A stretch of DNA of 64,000 bases from Eledone cirrhosa (lineage: Eukaryota): positions 186,001-250,000 of the forward strand of contig CAXHJY010000928.1 in NCBI GenBank assembly GCA_964016885.1, given 5' to 3'. The translations under genes were made by a program, and so were the position numbers. The notes below the pieces were generated by a model. That model did not search any database. It was given only the letters and a program-made list of their open reading frames with translations, and was not told the origin of the DNA. This document shows positions 18,001-36,000 of this stretch, piece after piece (positions within the stretch are counted from its first letter, which is position 1; each line of letters opens with the position of its first letter).

Positions 18001-21000
18001 TGTACCTATTGTATACTAGATATACACAGGAAGACAGTGTACCTATTGTATACTAGATATACACAGGAATACAATGTACCTATTGTATACTAGATATACA
18101 CAGGAAGACAGTGTACCTATTGTATACTAGATATACACAGGGATACACTGTACTTATTGTATACTAGATATACACAGGGATACAGTGTACATATTGTATA
18201 TAGATATACACAGGGATACAGTGTACCTATTGTATAATAGATATACACAGGGAGACAGTGTACCTATTGTATACTGGATATACACAGGGAAACAGTGTAC
18301 CTATTGTATACTAGATATACACAGGAAGACAGTGTACCTATTGTATACTAGATATACACAGGAAGACAGTGTACCTATTGTATACTAGATATACACAGGG
18401 AGACAGTGTACCTATTGTATACTAGATATACACAGGGATACAGTGTACCTATTGTATACTAGATATACACAGGGAGACAGTGTACCTATTGTATACTAGA
18501 TATACACAGGGATACAGTGTACCTATTGTATACTAGATATACACAGGGAGACAGTGTACCTATTGTATACTAGATATACACAGGATGACAGTGTACCTAT
18601 TGTATACTAGATATACACAGGGATACAGTGTACCTATTGTATACTAGATATACACAGGGAGACAGTGTACCTATTGTATACTAGATATACACAGGAAGAC
18701 AGTGTACCTATTGTATACTAGATATACACAGGGATACAGTGTACCTATTGTATACTAGATATACACAGGGAGACAGTGTACCTATTGTATACTAGATATA
18801 GACAGGAAGACAGTGTACCTATTGTATACTAGATATACACAGGGAGACAGTGTACCTATTGTATACTAAATATACACAGGGAGACAGTGTACCTATTGTA
18901 TACTAGATATACACAGGAAGACAGTGTACCTATTGTATACTGGATATACACAGGAAGACAGTGTACCTATTGTATACTAGATATACACAGGGATACAGTG
19001 TACCTATTGTATACTAGATATACACAGGAAGACAGTGTACCTATTGTATACTGGATATACACAGGAAGACAGTGTACCTATTGTATACTAGATATACACA
19101 GGGATACAGTGTACCTATTGTATATAGATATACACAGGGATACAGTGTACCTATTGTATACAAGATATACACAGGGAGACAGTGTACCTATTGTATACTA
19201 GATATACACAGGGAGACAGTGTACCTATTGTATACTAGATATACACAGGGAGACAGTGTACCTATTGTATACTAGATATACACAGGGAGACAGTGTACTT
19301 ATTGTATACTAGATATACACAGGAATACAGTGTACCTATTGTATACTAAATATACACAGGGATACAGTGTACTTATTGTATACTAGATATACACAGGGAT
19401 ACAGTGTACCTATTGTATATAGATATACACAGGGATACAGTGTACCTATTGTATACTAGATATACACAGGGAGACAGTGTACCTATTGCATACTGGATAT
19501 ACACAGGGATACAGTGTACCTATTGTATACTAGATATACACAGAAATACAGTGTACCTATTGTATACTAGATATACACAGGGATACACTGTACTTATTGT
19601 ATACTAGATATACACAGGGATACAGTGTACATATTGTATATAGATATACACAGGGATACAGTGTACCTATTGTATACTAGATATACACAGGGAGACAGTG
19701 TACCTATTGTATACTGGATATACACAGGGAAACAGTGTACCTATTGTATACTAGATATACACAGGAAGACAGTGTACCTATTGTATACTGGATATACACA
19801 GGAAGACAGTGTACCTATTGTATACTAGATATACACAGGGATACAGTGTATCTATTGTATACTAGATATACACAGGAAGACAGTGTACCTATTGTATACT
19901 AGATATACACAGGAAGACAGTGTACCTATTGTATACTAGATATACACAGGGATACATTGTACCTATTGTATACTAGATATACACAGGGAGACAGTGTACC
20001 TATTGTATACTAGATATGCACAGGGAGACAGTGTACTTATTGTATACTAGATATACACAGGAATACAGTGTACCTATTGTATACTAGATATACACAGGAA
20101 GACAGTGTACCTATTGTATACTAAATATACACAGGGATACAGTGTACTTATTGTATACTAGATATACACAGGGATACAGTGTACCTATTGTATATAGATA
20201 TACACAGGGATACAGTGTACCTATTGTATACTAGATATACACAGGGAGACAGTGTACCTATTGCATACTGGATATACACAGGGATACAGTGTACCTATTG
20301 TATACTAGATATACACAGGAAGACAGTGTACCTATTGTATACTAGATATACACAGGGAGACAGTGTACCTATTGTATACTGGATATACACAGGGATACAG
20401 TGTACCTATTGTATACTAGATATACACAGGAAGACAGTGTACCTATTGTATACTAGATATACACAGGAATACAATGTACCTATTGTATACTAGATATACA
20501 CAGGAAGACAGTGTACCTATTGTATACTAGATATACACAGGGATACACTGTACTTATTGTATACTAGATATACACAGGGATACAGTGTACATATTGTATA
20601 TAGATATACACAGGGATACAGTGTACCTATTGTATAATAGATATACACAGGGAGACAGTGTACCTATTGTATACTGGATATACACAGGGAAACAGTGTAC
20701 CTATTGTATACTAGATATACACAGGAAGACAGTGTACCTATTGTATACTAGATATACACAGGAAGACAGTGTACCTATTGTATACTAGATATACACAGGG
20801 AGACAGTGTACCTATTGTATACTAGATATACACAGGAAGACAGTGTACCTATTGTATACTAGATATACACAGGGATACAGTGTACCTATTGTATACTGGA
20901 TATACACAGGGAGACAGTGTACCTATTGTATACTAGATATACACAGGGATACAGTGTACCTATTGTATATAGATATACACAGGGATACAGTGTACCTATT

Positions 21001-24000
21001 GTATATAGATATACACAGGGATACAGTGTACCTATTGTATACTAGATATACACAGGAAGACAGTGTACCTATTGTATACTAGATATACACAGGGATACAG
21101 TGTACCTATTGTATATAGATATACACAGGGATACAGTGTACCTATTGTATACTAGATATACACAGGGATACAGTGTACCTATTGTATACGAGATATACAC
21201 AGGAAGACAGTGTATCTATTGTATACGAGATATACACAGGGAGACAGTGTACCTATTGTATACGAGATATACACAGGGAGACAGTGTACCTATTGTATAC
21301 TAGATATACACAGGGATACAGTGTACCTATTGTATACTAGATATACACAGGGATACAGTGTACCTATTGTATACTAGATATACACAGGAAGACAGTGTAC
21401 CTATTGTATACGAGATATACACAGGGAGACAGTGTACCTATTGTATACTAGATATACACAGGAATACAGTGTACCTATTGTATACTAGATATACACAGGG
21501 AGACAGTGTACCTATTGTATACTAGATATACACAGGAAGACAGTGTACCTATTGTATACTAGATATACACAGGAAGACAGTGTACCTATTGTATACTGGA
21601 TATACACAGGGATGCAGTGTACCTATTGTATACTAGATATACACAGGGATACAGTGTACCTATTGTATACTAGATATACACAGGGATACAGTGTACCTAT
21701 TGTATACTAGATATACACAGGGAGACAGTGTACCTATTGTATACTAGATATACACAGGATGACAGTGTACCTATTGTATACTAGATATACACAGGGAGAC
21801 AGTGTACCTATTGTATACTAGATATACACAGGAAGACAGTGTACCTATTGTATACTAGATATACACAGGGATACAGTGTACCTATTGTATACTAGATATA
21901 CACAGGGAGACAGTGTACCTATTGTATACTGGATATACACAGGGAAACAGTGTACCTATTGTATACTAGATATACACAGGAAGACAGTGTACCTATTGTA
22001 TACTGGATATACACAGGAAGACAGTGTACCTATTGTATACTAGATATACACATGAAGACAGTGTACCTATTGTATACTAGATATACACAGGGATACACTG
22101 TACTTATTGTATACTAGATATACACAGGGATACAGTGTACATATTGTATATAGATATACACAGGGATACAGTGTACCTATTGTATACTAGATATACACAG
22201 TGAGACAGTGTACCTATTGTATACTGGATATACACAGGGATACAGTGTACCTATTGTATACTAGATATACACAGGAAGACAGTGTACCTATTGTATACTA
22301 GATATACACAGGAATACAGTGTACCTATTGTATACTAGATATACACAGGAAGACAGTGTACCTATTGTATACTAGATATACACAGGGATACAGTGTACTT
22401 ATTGTATACTAGATATACACAGGGATACAGTGTACATATTGTATATAGATATACACAGGGATACAGTGTACCTATTGTATACTAGATATACACAGGGAGA
22501 GAGTGTACCTATTGTATACTGGATATACACAGGGAAACAGTGTACCTATTGTATACTAGATATACACAGGAAGACAGTGTACCTATTGTATACTAGATAT
22601 ACACAGGAAGACAGTGTACCTATTGTATACTAGATATACACAGGGATACAGTGTACCTATTGTATACTGGATATACACAGGGATACAGTGTACCTATTGT
22701 ATACTAGATATACACAGGGATACAGTGTACCTATTGTATATAGATATACACAGGGATACAGTGTACCTATTGTATACTAGATATACACAGGAAGACAGTG
22801 TACCTATTGTATACTAGATATACACAGGGATACAGTGTACCTATTGTATATAGATATACACAGGGATACAGTGTACCTATTGTATACTAGATATACACAG
22901 GGATACAGTGTACCTATTGTATACTAGATATACACAGGAAGACAGTGTACCTATTGTATACGAGATATACACAGGGAGACAGTGTACCTATTGTATACGA
23001 GATATACACAGGGAGACAGTGTACCTATTGTATACTAGATATACACAGGGATACAGTGTACTTATTGTATACTAGATATACACAGGGATACAGTGTACCT
23101 ATTGTATACTAGATATACACAGGAAGACAGTGTACCTATTGTATACGAGATATACACAGGGAGACAGTGTACCTATTGTATACTAGATATACGCAGGAAG
23201 ACAGTGTACCTATTGTATACTAGATATACACAGGAAGACAGTGTACCTATTGTATACTAGATATACACAGGGATACAGTGTACCTATTGTATACTAGATA
23301 TACACAGGGAGACAGTGTACCTATTGTATACTAGATATACACAGGGAGACAGTGTACTTATTGTATACTAGATATACACAGGAATACAGTGTACCTATTG
23401 TATACTAGATATACACAGGAAGACAGTGTACCTATTGTATACTAAATATACACAGGGATACAGTGTACTTATTGTATACTAGATATACACAGGGATACAG
23501 TGTACCTATTGTATATAGATATACACAGGGATACAGTGTACCTATTGTATACTAGATATACACAGGGAGACAGTGTACCTATTGCATACTGGATATACAC
23601 AGGGATACAGTGTACCTATTGTATACTAGATATACACAGGAAGACAGTGTACCTATTGTATACTAGATATACACAGGGAGACAGTGTACCTATTGTATAC
23701 TGGATATACACAGGGATACAGTGTACCTATTGTATACTAGATATACACAGGAAGACAGTGTACCTATTGTATACTAGATATACACAGGAATACAGTGTAC
23801 CTATTGTATACTAGATATACACAGGAAGACAGTGTACCTATTGTATACTAGATATACACAGGGATACACTGTACTTATTGTATACTAGATATACACAGGG
23901 ATACAGTGTACATATTGTATATAGATATACACAGGGATACAGTGTACCTATTGTATACTAGATATACACAGGGAGACAGTGTACCTATTGTATACTGGAT

Positions 24001-27000
24001 ATACACAGGGAAACAGTGTACCTATTGTATACTAGATATACACAGGAAGACAGTGTACCTATTGTATACTAGATATACACAGGAAGACAGTGTACCTATT
24101 GTATACTAGATATACACAGAGAGACAGTGTACCTATTGTATACTAGATATACACAGGAAGACAGTGTACCTATTGTATACTAGATATACACAGGGATACA
24201 GTGTACCTATTGTATACTGGATATACACAGGGAGACAGTGTACCTATTGTATACTAGATATACACAGGGATACAGTGTACCTATTGTATATAGATATACA
24301 CAGGGATACAGTGTACCTATTGTATATAGATATACACAGGGATACAGTGTACCTATTGTATACTAGATATACACAGGAAGACAGTGTACCTATTGTATAC
24401 TAGATATACACAGGGATACAGTGTACCTATTGTATATAGATATACACAGGGATACAGTGTACCTATTGTATACTAGATATACACAGGGATACAGTGTACC
24501 TATTGTATACTAGATATACACAGGAAGACAGTGTATCTATTGTATACGAGATATACACAGGGAGACAGTGTACCTATTGTATACGAGATATACACAGGGA
24601 GACAGTGTACCTATTGTATACTAGATATACACAGGGATACAGTGTACCTATTGTATACTAGATATACACAGGGATACAGTGTACCTATTGTATACTAGAT
24701 ATACACAGGAAGACAGTGTACCTATTGTATACGAGATATACACAGGGAGACAGTGTACCTATTGTATACTAGATATACACAGGAATACAGTGTACCTATT
24801 GTATACTAGATATACACAGGGAGACAGTGTACCTATTGTATACTAGATATACACAGGAAGACAGTGTACCTATTGTATACTAGATATACACAGGAAGACA
24901 GTGTACCTATTGTATACTGGATATACACAGGGATACAGTGTACCTATTGTATACTAGATATACACAGGGATACAGTGTACCTATTGTATACTAGATATAC
25001 ACAGGGATACAGTGTACCTATTGTATACTAGATATACACAGGGAGACAGTGTACCTATTGTATACTAGATATACACAGGATGACAGTGTACCTATTGTAT
25101 ACTAGATATACACAGGGATACAGTGTACCTATTGTATACTAGATATACACAGGGAGACAGTGTACCTATTGTATACTAGATATACACAGGAAGACAGTGT
25201 ACCTATTGTATACTAGATATACACAGGGATACAGTGTACCTATTGTATACTAGATATACACAGGGAGACAGTGTACCTATTGTATACTAGATATAGACAG
25301 GAAGACAGTGTACCTATTGTATACTAGATATACACAGGGAGACAGTGTACCTATTGTATACTAAATATACACAGGGAGACAGTGTACCTATTGTATACTA
25401 GATATACACAGGAAGACAGTGTACCTATTGTATACTGGATATACACAGGAAGACAGTGTACCTATTGTATACTAGATATACACAGCGATACTGTGTACCT
25501 ATTGTATACTAGATATACACAGGAAGACAGTGTACCTATTGTATACTGGATATACACAGGAAGACAGTGTACCTATTGTATACTAGATATACACAGGGAT
25601 ACAGTGTACCTATTGTATATAGATATACACAGGGATACAGTGTACCTATTGTATACAAGATATACACAGGGAGACAGTGTACCTATTGTATACTAGATAT
25701 ACACAGGGAGACAGTGTACCTATTGTATACTAGATATACACAGGGAGACAGTGTACCTATTGTATACTAGATATACACAGGGAGACAGTGTACTTATTGT
25801 ATACTAGATATACACAGGAATACAGTGTACCTATTGTATACTAGATATACACAGGAAGACAGTGTACCTATTGTATACTAAATATACACAGGGATACAGT
25901 GTACTTATTGTATACTAGATATACACAGGGATACAGTGTACCTATTGTATATAGATATACACAGGGATACAGTGTACCTATTGTATACTAGATATACACA
26001 GGGAGACAGTGTACCTATTGCATACTGGATATACACAGGGATACAGTGTACCTATTGTATACTAGATATACACAGAAATACAGTGTACCTATTGTATACT
26101 AGATATACACAGGGATACACTGTACTTATTGTATACTAGATATACACAGGGATACAGTGTACATATTGTATATAGATATACACAGGGATACAGTGTACCT
26201 ATTGTATACTAGATATACACAGGGAGACAGTGTACCTATTGTATACTGGATATACACAGGGAAACAGTGTACCTATTGTATACTAGATATACACAGGAAG
26301 ACAGTGTACCTATTGTATACTGGATATACACAGGAAGACAGTGTACCTATTGTATACTAGATATACACAGGGATACAGTGTATCTATTGTATACTAGATA
26401 TACACAGGAAGACAGTGTACCTATTGTATACTAGATATACACAGGAAGACAGTGTACCTATTGTATACTAGATATACACAGGGATACAGTGTACCTATTG
26501 TATACTAGATATACACAGGGAGACAGTGTACCTATTGTATACTAGATATGCACAGGGAGACAGTGTACTTATTGTATACTAGATATACACAGGAATACAG
26601 TGTACCTATTGTATACTAGATATACACAGGAAGACAGTGTACCTATTGTATACTAAATATACACAGGGATACAGTGTACTTATTGTATACTAGATATACA
26701 CAGGGATACAGTGTACCTATTGTATATAGATATACACAGGGATACAGTGTACCTATTGTATACTAGATATACACAGGGAGACAGTGTACCTATTGCATAC
26801 TGGATATACACAGGGATACAGTGTACCTATTGTATACTAGATATACACAGGAAGACAGTGTACCTATTGTATACTAGATATACACAGGGAGACAGTGTAC
26901 CTATTGTATACTGGATATACACAGGGATACAGTGTACCTATTGTATACTAGATATACACAGGAAGACTGTACCTATTGTATACTAGATATACACAGGAAT

Positions 27001-30000
27001 ACAGGGTACCTATTGTATACTAGATATACACAGGAAGACAGTGTACCTATTGTATACTAGATATACACAGGGATACACTGTACTTATTGTATACTAGATA
27101 TACACAGGGATACAGTGTACATATTGTATATAGATATACACAGGGATACAGTGTACCTATTGTATAATAGATATACACAGGGAGACAGTGTACCTATTGT
27201 ATACTGGATATACACAGGGAAACAGTGTACCTATTGTATACTAGATATACACAGGAAGACAGTGTACCTATTGTATACTAGATATACACAGGAAGACAGT
27301 GTACCTATTGTATACTAGATATACACAGGGATACAGTGTACCTATTGTATACTGGATATACACAGGGAGACAGTGTACCTATTGTATACTAGATATACAC
27401 AGGGATACAGTGTACCTATTGTATATAGATATACACAGGGATACAGTGTACCTATTGTATATAGATATACACAGGGATACAGTGTACCTATTGTATACTA
27501 GATATACACAGGAAGACAGTGTACCTATTGTATACTAGATATACACAGGGATACAGTGTACCTATTGTATATAGATATACACAGGGATACAGTGTACCTA
27601 TTGTATACTAGATATACACAGGGATACAGTGTACCTATTGTATACTAGATATACACAGGAAGACAGTGTATCTATTGTATACGAGATATACACAGGGAGA
27701 CAGTGTACCTATTGTATACGAGATATACACAGGGAGACAGTGTACCTATTGTATACTAGATATACACAGGGATACAGTGTACCTATTGTATACTAGATAT
27801 ACACAGGGATACAGTGTACCTATTGTATACTAGATATACACAGGAAGACAGTGTACCTATTGTATACGAGATATACACAGGGAGACAGTGTACCTATTGT
27901 ATACTAGATATGCACAGGAATACAGTGTACCTATTGTATACTAGATATACACAGGAAGACAGTGTATCTATTGTATACGAGATATACACAGGGAGACAGT
28001 GTACCTATTGTATACGAGATATACACAGGGAGACAGTGTACCTATTGTATACTAGATATACACAGGGATACAGTGTACCTATTGTATACTAGATATACAC
28101 AGGGATACAGTGTACCTATTGTATACTAGATATACACAGGAAGACAGTGTACCTATTGTATACGAGATATACACAGGGATACAGTGTACTTATTGTATAC
28201 TAGATATACACAGGGATACAGTGTACCTATTGTATACTAGATATACACAGGAAGACAGTGTACCTATTGTATACGAGATATACACAGGGAGACAGTGTAC
28301 CTATTGTATACTAGATATACACAGGAAGACAGTGTACCTATTGTATACTAGATATACACAGGAAGACAGTGTACCTATTGTATACTAGATATACACAGGG
28401 ATACAGTGTACCTATTGTATACTAGATATACACAGGGAGACAGTGTACCTATTGTATACTAGATATACACAGGGAGACAGTGTACTTATTGTATACTAGA
28501 TATACACAGGAATACAGTGTACCTATTGTATACTAGATATACACAGGAAGACAGTGTACCTATTGTATACTAAATATACACAGGGATACAGTGTACTTAT
28601 TGTATACTAGATATACACAGGGATACAGTGTACCTATTGTATATAGATATACACAGGGATACAGTGTACCTATTGTATACTAGATATACACAGGGAGACA
28701 GTGTACCTATTGCATACTGGATATACACAGGGATACAGTGTACCTATTGTATACTAGATATACACAGGAAGACAGTGTACCTATTGTATACTAGATATAC
28801 ACAGGGAGACAGTGTACCTATTGTATACTGGATATACACAGGGATACAGTGTACCTATTGTATACTAGATATACACAGGAAGACAGTGTACCTATTGTAT
28901 ACTAGATATACACAGGAATACAGTGTACCTATTGTATACTAGATATACACAGGAAGACAGTGTACCTATTGTATACTAGATATACACAGGGATACACTGT
29001 ACTTATTGTATACTAGATATACACAGGGATACAGTGTACATATTGTATATAGATATACACAGGGATACAGTGTACCTATTGTATACTAGATATACACAGG
29101 GAGACAGTGTACCTATTGTATACTGGATATACACAGGGAAACAGTGTACCTATTGTATACTAGATATACACAGGAAGACAGTGTACCTATTGTATACTAG
29201 ATATACACAGGAAGACAGTGTACCTATTGTATACTAGATATACACAGAGAGACAGTGTACCTATTGTATACTAGATATACACAGGAAGACAGTGTACCTA
29301 TTGTATACTAGATATACACAGGGATACAGTGTACCTATTGTATACTGGATATACACAGGGAGACAGTGTACCTATTGTATACTAGATATACACAGGGATA
29401 CAGTGTACCTATTGTATATAGATATACACAGGGATACAGTGTACCTATTGTATATAGATATACACAGGGATACAGTGTACCTATTGTATACTAGATATAC
29501 ACAGGAAGACAGTGTACCTATTGTATACTAGATATACACAGGGATACAGTGTACCTATTGTATATAGATATACACAGGGATACAGTGTACCTATTGTATA
29601 CTAGATATACACAGGGATACAGTGTACCTATTGTATACTAGATATACACAGGAAGACAGTGTATCTATTGTATACGAGATATACACAGGGAGACAGTGTA
29701 CCTATTGTATACGAGATATACACAGGGAGACAGTGTACCTATTGTATACTAGATATACACAGGGATACAGTGTACCTATTGTATACTAGATATACACAGG
29801 GATACAGTGTACCTATTGTATACTAGATATACACAGGAAGACAGTGTACCTATTGTATACGAGATATACACAGGGAGACAGTGTACCTATTGTATACTAG
29901 ATATACACAGGAATACAGTGTACCTATTGTATACTAGATATACACAGGGAGACAGTGTACCTATTGTATACTAGATATACACAGGAAGACAGTGTACCTA

Positions 30001-33000
30001 TTGTATACTAGATATACACAGGAAGACAGTGTACCTATTGTATACTGGATATACACAGGGATACAGTGTACCTATTGTATACTAGATATACACAGGGATA
30101 CAGTGTACCTATTGTATACTAGATATACACAGGGATACAGTGTACCTATTGTATACTAGATATACACAGGGAGACAGTGTACCTATTGTATACTAGATAT
30201 ACACAGGATGACAGTGTACCTATTGTATACTAGATATACACAGGGATACAGTGTACCTATTGTATACTAGATATACACAGGGAGACAGTGTACCTATTGT
30301 ATACTAGATATACACAGGAAGACAGTGTACCTATTGTATACTAGATATACACAGGGATACAGTGTACCTATTGTATACTAGATATACACAGGGAGACAGT
30401 GTACCTATTGTATACTAGATATAGACAGGAAGACAGTGTACCTATTGTATACTAGATATACACAGGGAGACAGTGTACCTATTGTATACTAAATATACAC
30501 AGGGAGACAGTGTACCTATTGTATACTAGATATACACAGGAAGACAGTGTACCTATTGTATACTGGATATACACAGGAAGACAGTGTACCTATTGTATAC
30601 TAGATATACACAGGGATACTGTGTACCTATTGTATACTAGATATACACAGGAAGACAGTGTACCTATTGTATACTGGATATACACAGGAAGACAGTGTAC
30701 CTATTGTATACTAGATATACACAGGGATACAGTGTACCTATTGTATATAGATATACACAGGGATACAGTGTACCTATTGTATACAAGATATACACAGGGA
30801 GACAGTGTACCTATTGTATACTAGATATACACAGGGAGACAGTGTACCTATTGTATACTAGATATACACAGGGAGACAGTGTACCTATTGTATACTAGAT
30901 ATACACAGGGAGACAGTGTACTTATTGTATACTAGATATACACAGGAATACAGTGTACCTATTGTATACTAGATATACACAGGAAGACAGTGTACCTATT
31001 GTATACTAAATATACACAGGGATACAGTGTACTTATTGTATACTAGATATACACAGGGATACAGTGTACCTATTGTATATAGATATACACAGGGATACAG
31101 TGTACCTATTGTATACTAGATATACACAGGGAGACAGTGTACCTATTGCATACTGGATATACACAGGGATACAGTGTACCTATTGTATACTAGATATACA
31201 CAGAAATACAGTGTACCTATTGTATACTAGATATACACAGGGATACACTGTACTTATTGTATACTAGATATACACAGGGATACAGTGTACATATTGTATA
31301 TAGATATACACAGGGATACAGTGTACCTATTGTATACTAGATATACACAGGGAGACAGTGTACCTATTGTATACTGGATATACACAGGGAAACAGTGTAC
31401 CTATTGTATACTAGATATACACAGGAAGACAGTGTACCTATTGTATACTGGATATACACAGGAAGACAGTGTACCTATTGTATACTAGATATACACAGGG
31501 ATACAGTGTATCTATTGTATACTAGATATACACAGGAAGACAGTGTACCTATTGTATACTAGATATACACAGGAAGACAGTGTACCTATTGTATACTAGA
31601 TATACACAGGGATACAGTGTACCTATTGTATACTAGATATACACAGGGAGACAGTGTACCTATTGTATACTAGATATGCACAGGGAGACAGTGTACTTAT
31701 TGTATACTAGATATACACAGGAATACAGTGTACCTATTGTATACTAGATATACACAGGAAGACAGTGTACCTATTGTATACTAAATATACACAGGGATAC
31801 AGTGTACTTATTGTATACTAGATATACACAGGGATACAGTGTACCTATTGTATATAGATATACACAGGGATACAGTGTACCTATTGTATACTAGATATAC
31901 ACAGGGAGACAGTGTACCTATTGCATACTGGATATACACAGGGATACAGTGTACCTATTGTATACTAGATATACACAGGAAGACAGTGTACCTATTGTAT
32001 ACTAGATATACACAGGGAGACAGTGTACCTATTGTATACTGGATATACACAGGGATACAGTGTACCTATTGTATACTAGATATACACAGGAAGACTGTAC
32101 CTATTGTATACTAGATATACACAGGAATACAGGGTACCTATTGTATACTAGATATACACAGGAAGACAGTGTACCTATTGTATACTAGATATACACAGGG
32201 ATACACTGTACTTATTGTATACTAGATATACACAGGGATACAGTGTACATATTGTATATAGATATACACAGGGATACAGTGTACCTATTGTATAATAGAT
32301 ATACACAGGGAGACAGTGTACCTATTGTATACTGGATATACACAGGGAAACAGTGTACCTATTGTATACTAGATATACACAGGAAGACAGTGTACCTATT
32401 GTATACTAGATATACACAGGAAGACAGTGTACCTATTGTATACTAGATATACACAGGGATACAGTGTACCTATTGTATACTGGATATACACAGGGAGACA
32501 GTGTACCTCTATTGTATACTAGATATACACAGGAAGACAGTGTACCTATTGTATACTAGATATACACAGGGAGACAGTGTACCTATTGTATACTAGATAT
32601 ACACAGGAAGACAGTGTACCTATTGTATACTAGATATACACAGGGATACAGTGTACCTATTGTATACTTGATATACACAGGGAGACAGTGTACCTATTGT
32701 ATACTAGATATACACAGGGATACAGTGTACCTATTGTATATAGATATACACAGGGATACAGTGTACCTATTGTATATAGATATACACAGGGATACAGTGT
32801 ACCTATTGTATACTAGATATACACAGGAAGACAGTGTACCTATTGTATACTAGATATACACAGGGATACAGTGTACCTATTGTATATAGATATACACAGG
32901 GATACAGTGTACCTATTGTATACTAGATATACACAGGGATACAGTGTACCTATTGTATACTAGATATACACAGGAAGACAGTGTATCTATTGTATACGAG

Positions 33001-36000
33001 ATATACACAGGGAGACAGTGTACCTATTGTATACGACATATACACAGGGAGACAGTGTACCTATTGTATACTAGATATACACAGGGATACAGTGTACCTA
33101 TTGTATACTAGATATACACAGGGATACAGTGTACCTATTGTATACTAGATATACACAGGAAGACAGTGTACCTATTGTATACGAGATATACACAGGGAGA
33201 CAGTGTACCTATTGTATACTAGATATACACAGGAATACAGTGTACCTATTGTATACTAGATATACACAGGGAGACAGTGTACCTATTGTATACTAGATAT
33301 ACACAGGAAGACAGTGTACCTATTGTATACTAGATATACACAGGAAGACAGTGTACCTATTGTATACTGGATATACACAGGGATGCAGTGTACCTATTGT
33401 ATACTAGATATACACAGGGATACAGTGTACCTATTGTATACTAGATATACACAGGGATACAGTGTACCTATTGTATACTAGATATACACAGGGAGACAGT
33501 GTACCTATTGTATACTAGATATACACAGGATGACAGTGTACCTATTGTATACTAGATATACACAGGGAGACAGTGTACCTATTGTATACTAGATATACAC
33601 AGGGAGACAGTGTACCTATTGTATACTAGATATACACAGGAAGACAGTGTACCTATTGTATACTAGATATACACAGGGATACAGTGTACCTATTGTATAC
33701 TAGATATACACAGGGAGACAGTGTACCTATTGTATACTAGATATAGACAGGAATACAGTGTACCTATTGTATACTAGATATACACAGAGAGACAGTGTAC
33801 CTATTGTATACTAAATATACACAGGGAGACAGTGTACCTATTGTATACTAGATATACACAGGAAGACAGTGTACCTATTGTATACTGGATATACACAGGA
33901 AGACAGTGTACCTATTGTATACTAGATATACACAGGGAAACAGTGTACCTATTGTATACTAGATATACACAGGAAGAGAGTGTACCTATTGTATACTGGA
34001 TATACACAGGAAGACAGTGTACCTATTGTATACTAGATATACACAGGGATACAGTGTACTTATTGTATATAGATATACACAGGGATACAGTGTACCTATT
34101 GTATACAAGATATACACAGGGAGACAGTGTACCTATTGTATACTAGATATACACAGGGAGACAGTGTACCTATTGTATACTAGATATACACAAGGAGACA
34201 GTGTACCTATTGTATACTAGATATACACAGGGAGACAGTGTACTTATTGTATACTAGATATACACAGGAATACAGTGTACCTATTGTATACTAGATATAC
34301 ACAGGAAGACAGTGTACCTATTGTATACTAAATATACACAGGGATACAGTGTACTTATTGTATACTAGATATACACAGGGATACAGTGTACCTATTGTAT
34401 ATAGATATACACAGGGATACAGTGTACCTATTGTATACTAGATATACACAGGGAGACAGTGTACCTATTGCATACTGGATATACACAGGGATACAGTGTA
34501 CCTATTGTATACTAGATATACACAGAAATACAGTGTACCTATTGTATACTAGATATACACAGGGATACACTGTACTTATTGTATACTAGATATACACAGG
34601 GATACAGTGTACATATTGTATATAGATATACACAGGGATACAGTGTACCTATTGTATACTAGATATACACAGGGAGACAGTGTACCTATTGTATACTGGA
34701 TATACACAGGGAAACAGTGTACCTATTGTATACTAGATATACACAGGAAGACAGTGTACCTATTGTATACTAGATATACACAGGAATACAGTGTACCTAT
34801 TGTATACTAGATATACACAGGAAGACAGTGTACCTATTGTATACTAGATATACACAGGGATACAGTGTACCTATTGTATACTGGATATACACAGGGAGAC
34901 AGTGTACCTATTGTATACTAGATATACACAGGGATACAGTGTACCTATTGTATATAGATATACACAGGGATACAGTGTCCCTATTGTATACTAGATATAC
35001 ACAGGAAGACAGTGTACCTATTGTATACTAGATATACACAGGGATACAGTGTACCTATTGTATATAGATATACACAGGGATACAGTGTACCTATTGTATA
35101 CTAGATATACACAGGAAGACAGTGTACCTATTGTATACGAGACATACACAGGGAGACAGTGTACCTATTGTATACGAGATATACACAGGGAGACAGTGTA
35201 CCTATTGTATACTAGATATACACAGGGATACAGTGTACTTATTGTATACTAGATATACACAGGGATACAGTGTACCTATTGTATACTAGATATACACAGG
35301 GTGACAGTGTACCTATTGTATACGAGATATACACAGGGAGACAGTGTACCTATTGTATACTAGATATACACAGGAAGACAGTGTACCTATTGTATATAGA
35401 TATACACAGGGATACAGTGTACCTATTGTATACTAGATATACACAGGGAGACAGTGTACCTATTGTATACTAGATATACACAGGGAGACAGTGTACTTAT
35501 TGTATACTAGATATACACAGGAATACAGTGTACCTATTGTATACTAGATACACACAGGAAGACAGTGTACCTATTGTATACTAGATATACACAGGGATAC
35601 AGTGTACTTATTGTATACTAGATATACACAGGGATACAGTGTACCTATTGTATATAGATATACACAGGGATACAGTGTACCTATTGTATACTAGATATAC
35701 ACAGGGAGACAGTGTACCTATTGTATACTGGATATACACAGGGATACAGTGTACCTATTGTATACTAGATATACACAGGAAGACAGTGTACCTATTGTAT
35801 ACTAGATATACACAGGGAGACAGTGTACCTATTGTATACTGGATATACACAGGGATACAGTGTACCTATTGTATACTGGATATACACAGGGATACAGTGT
35901 ACCTATTGTATACTAGATATACACAGGAAGACAGTGTACCTATTGTATACTAGATATACACAGGAATACAGTGTACCTATTGTATACTAGATATACACAG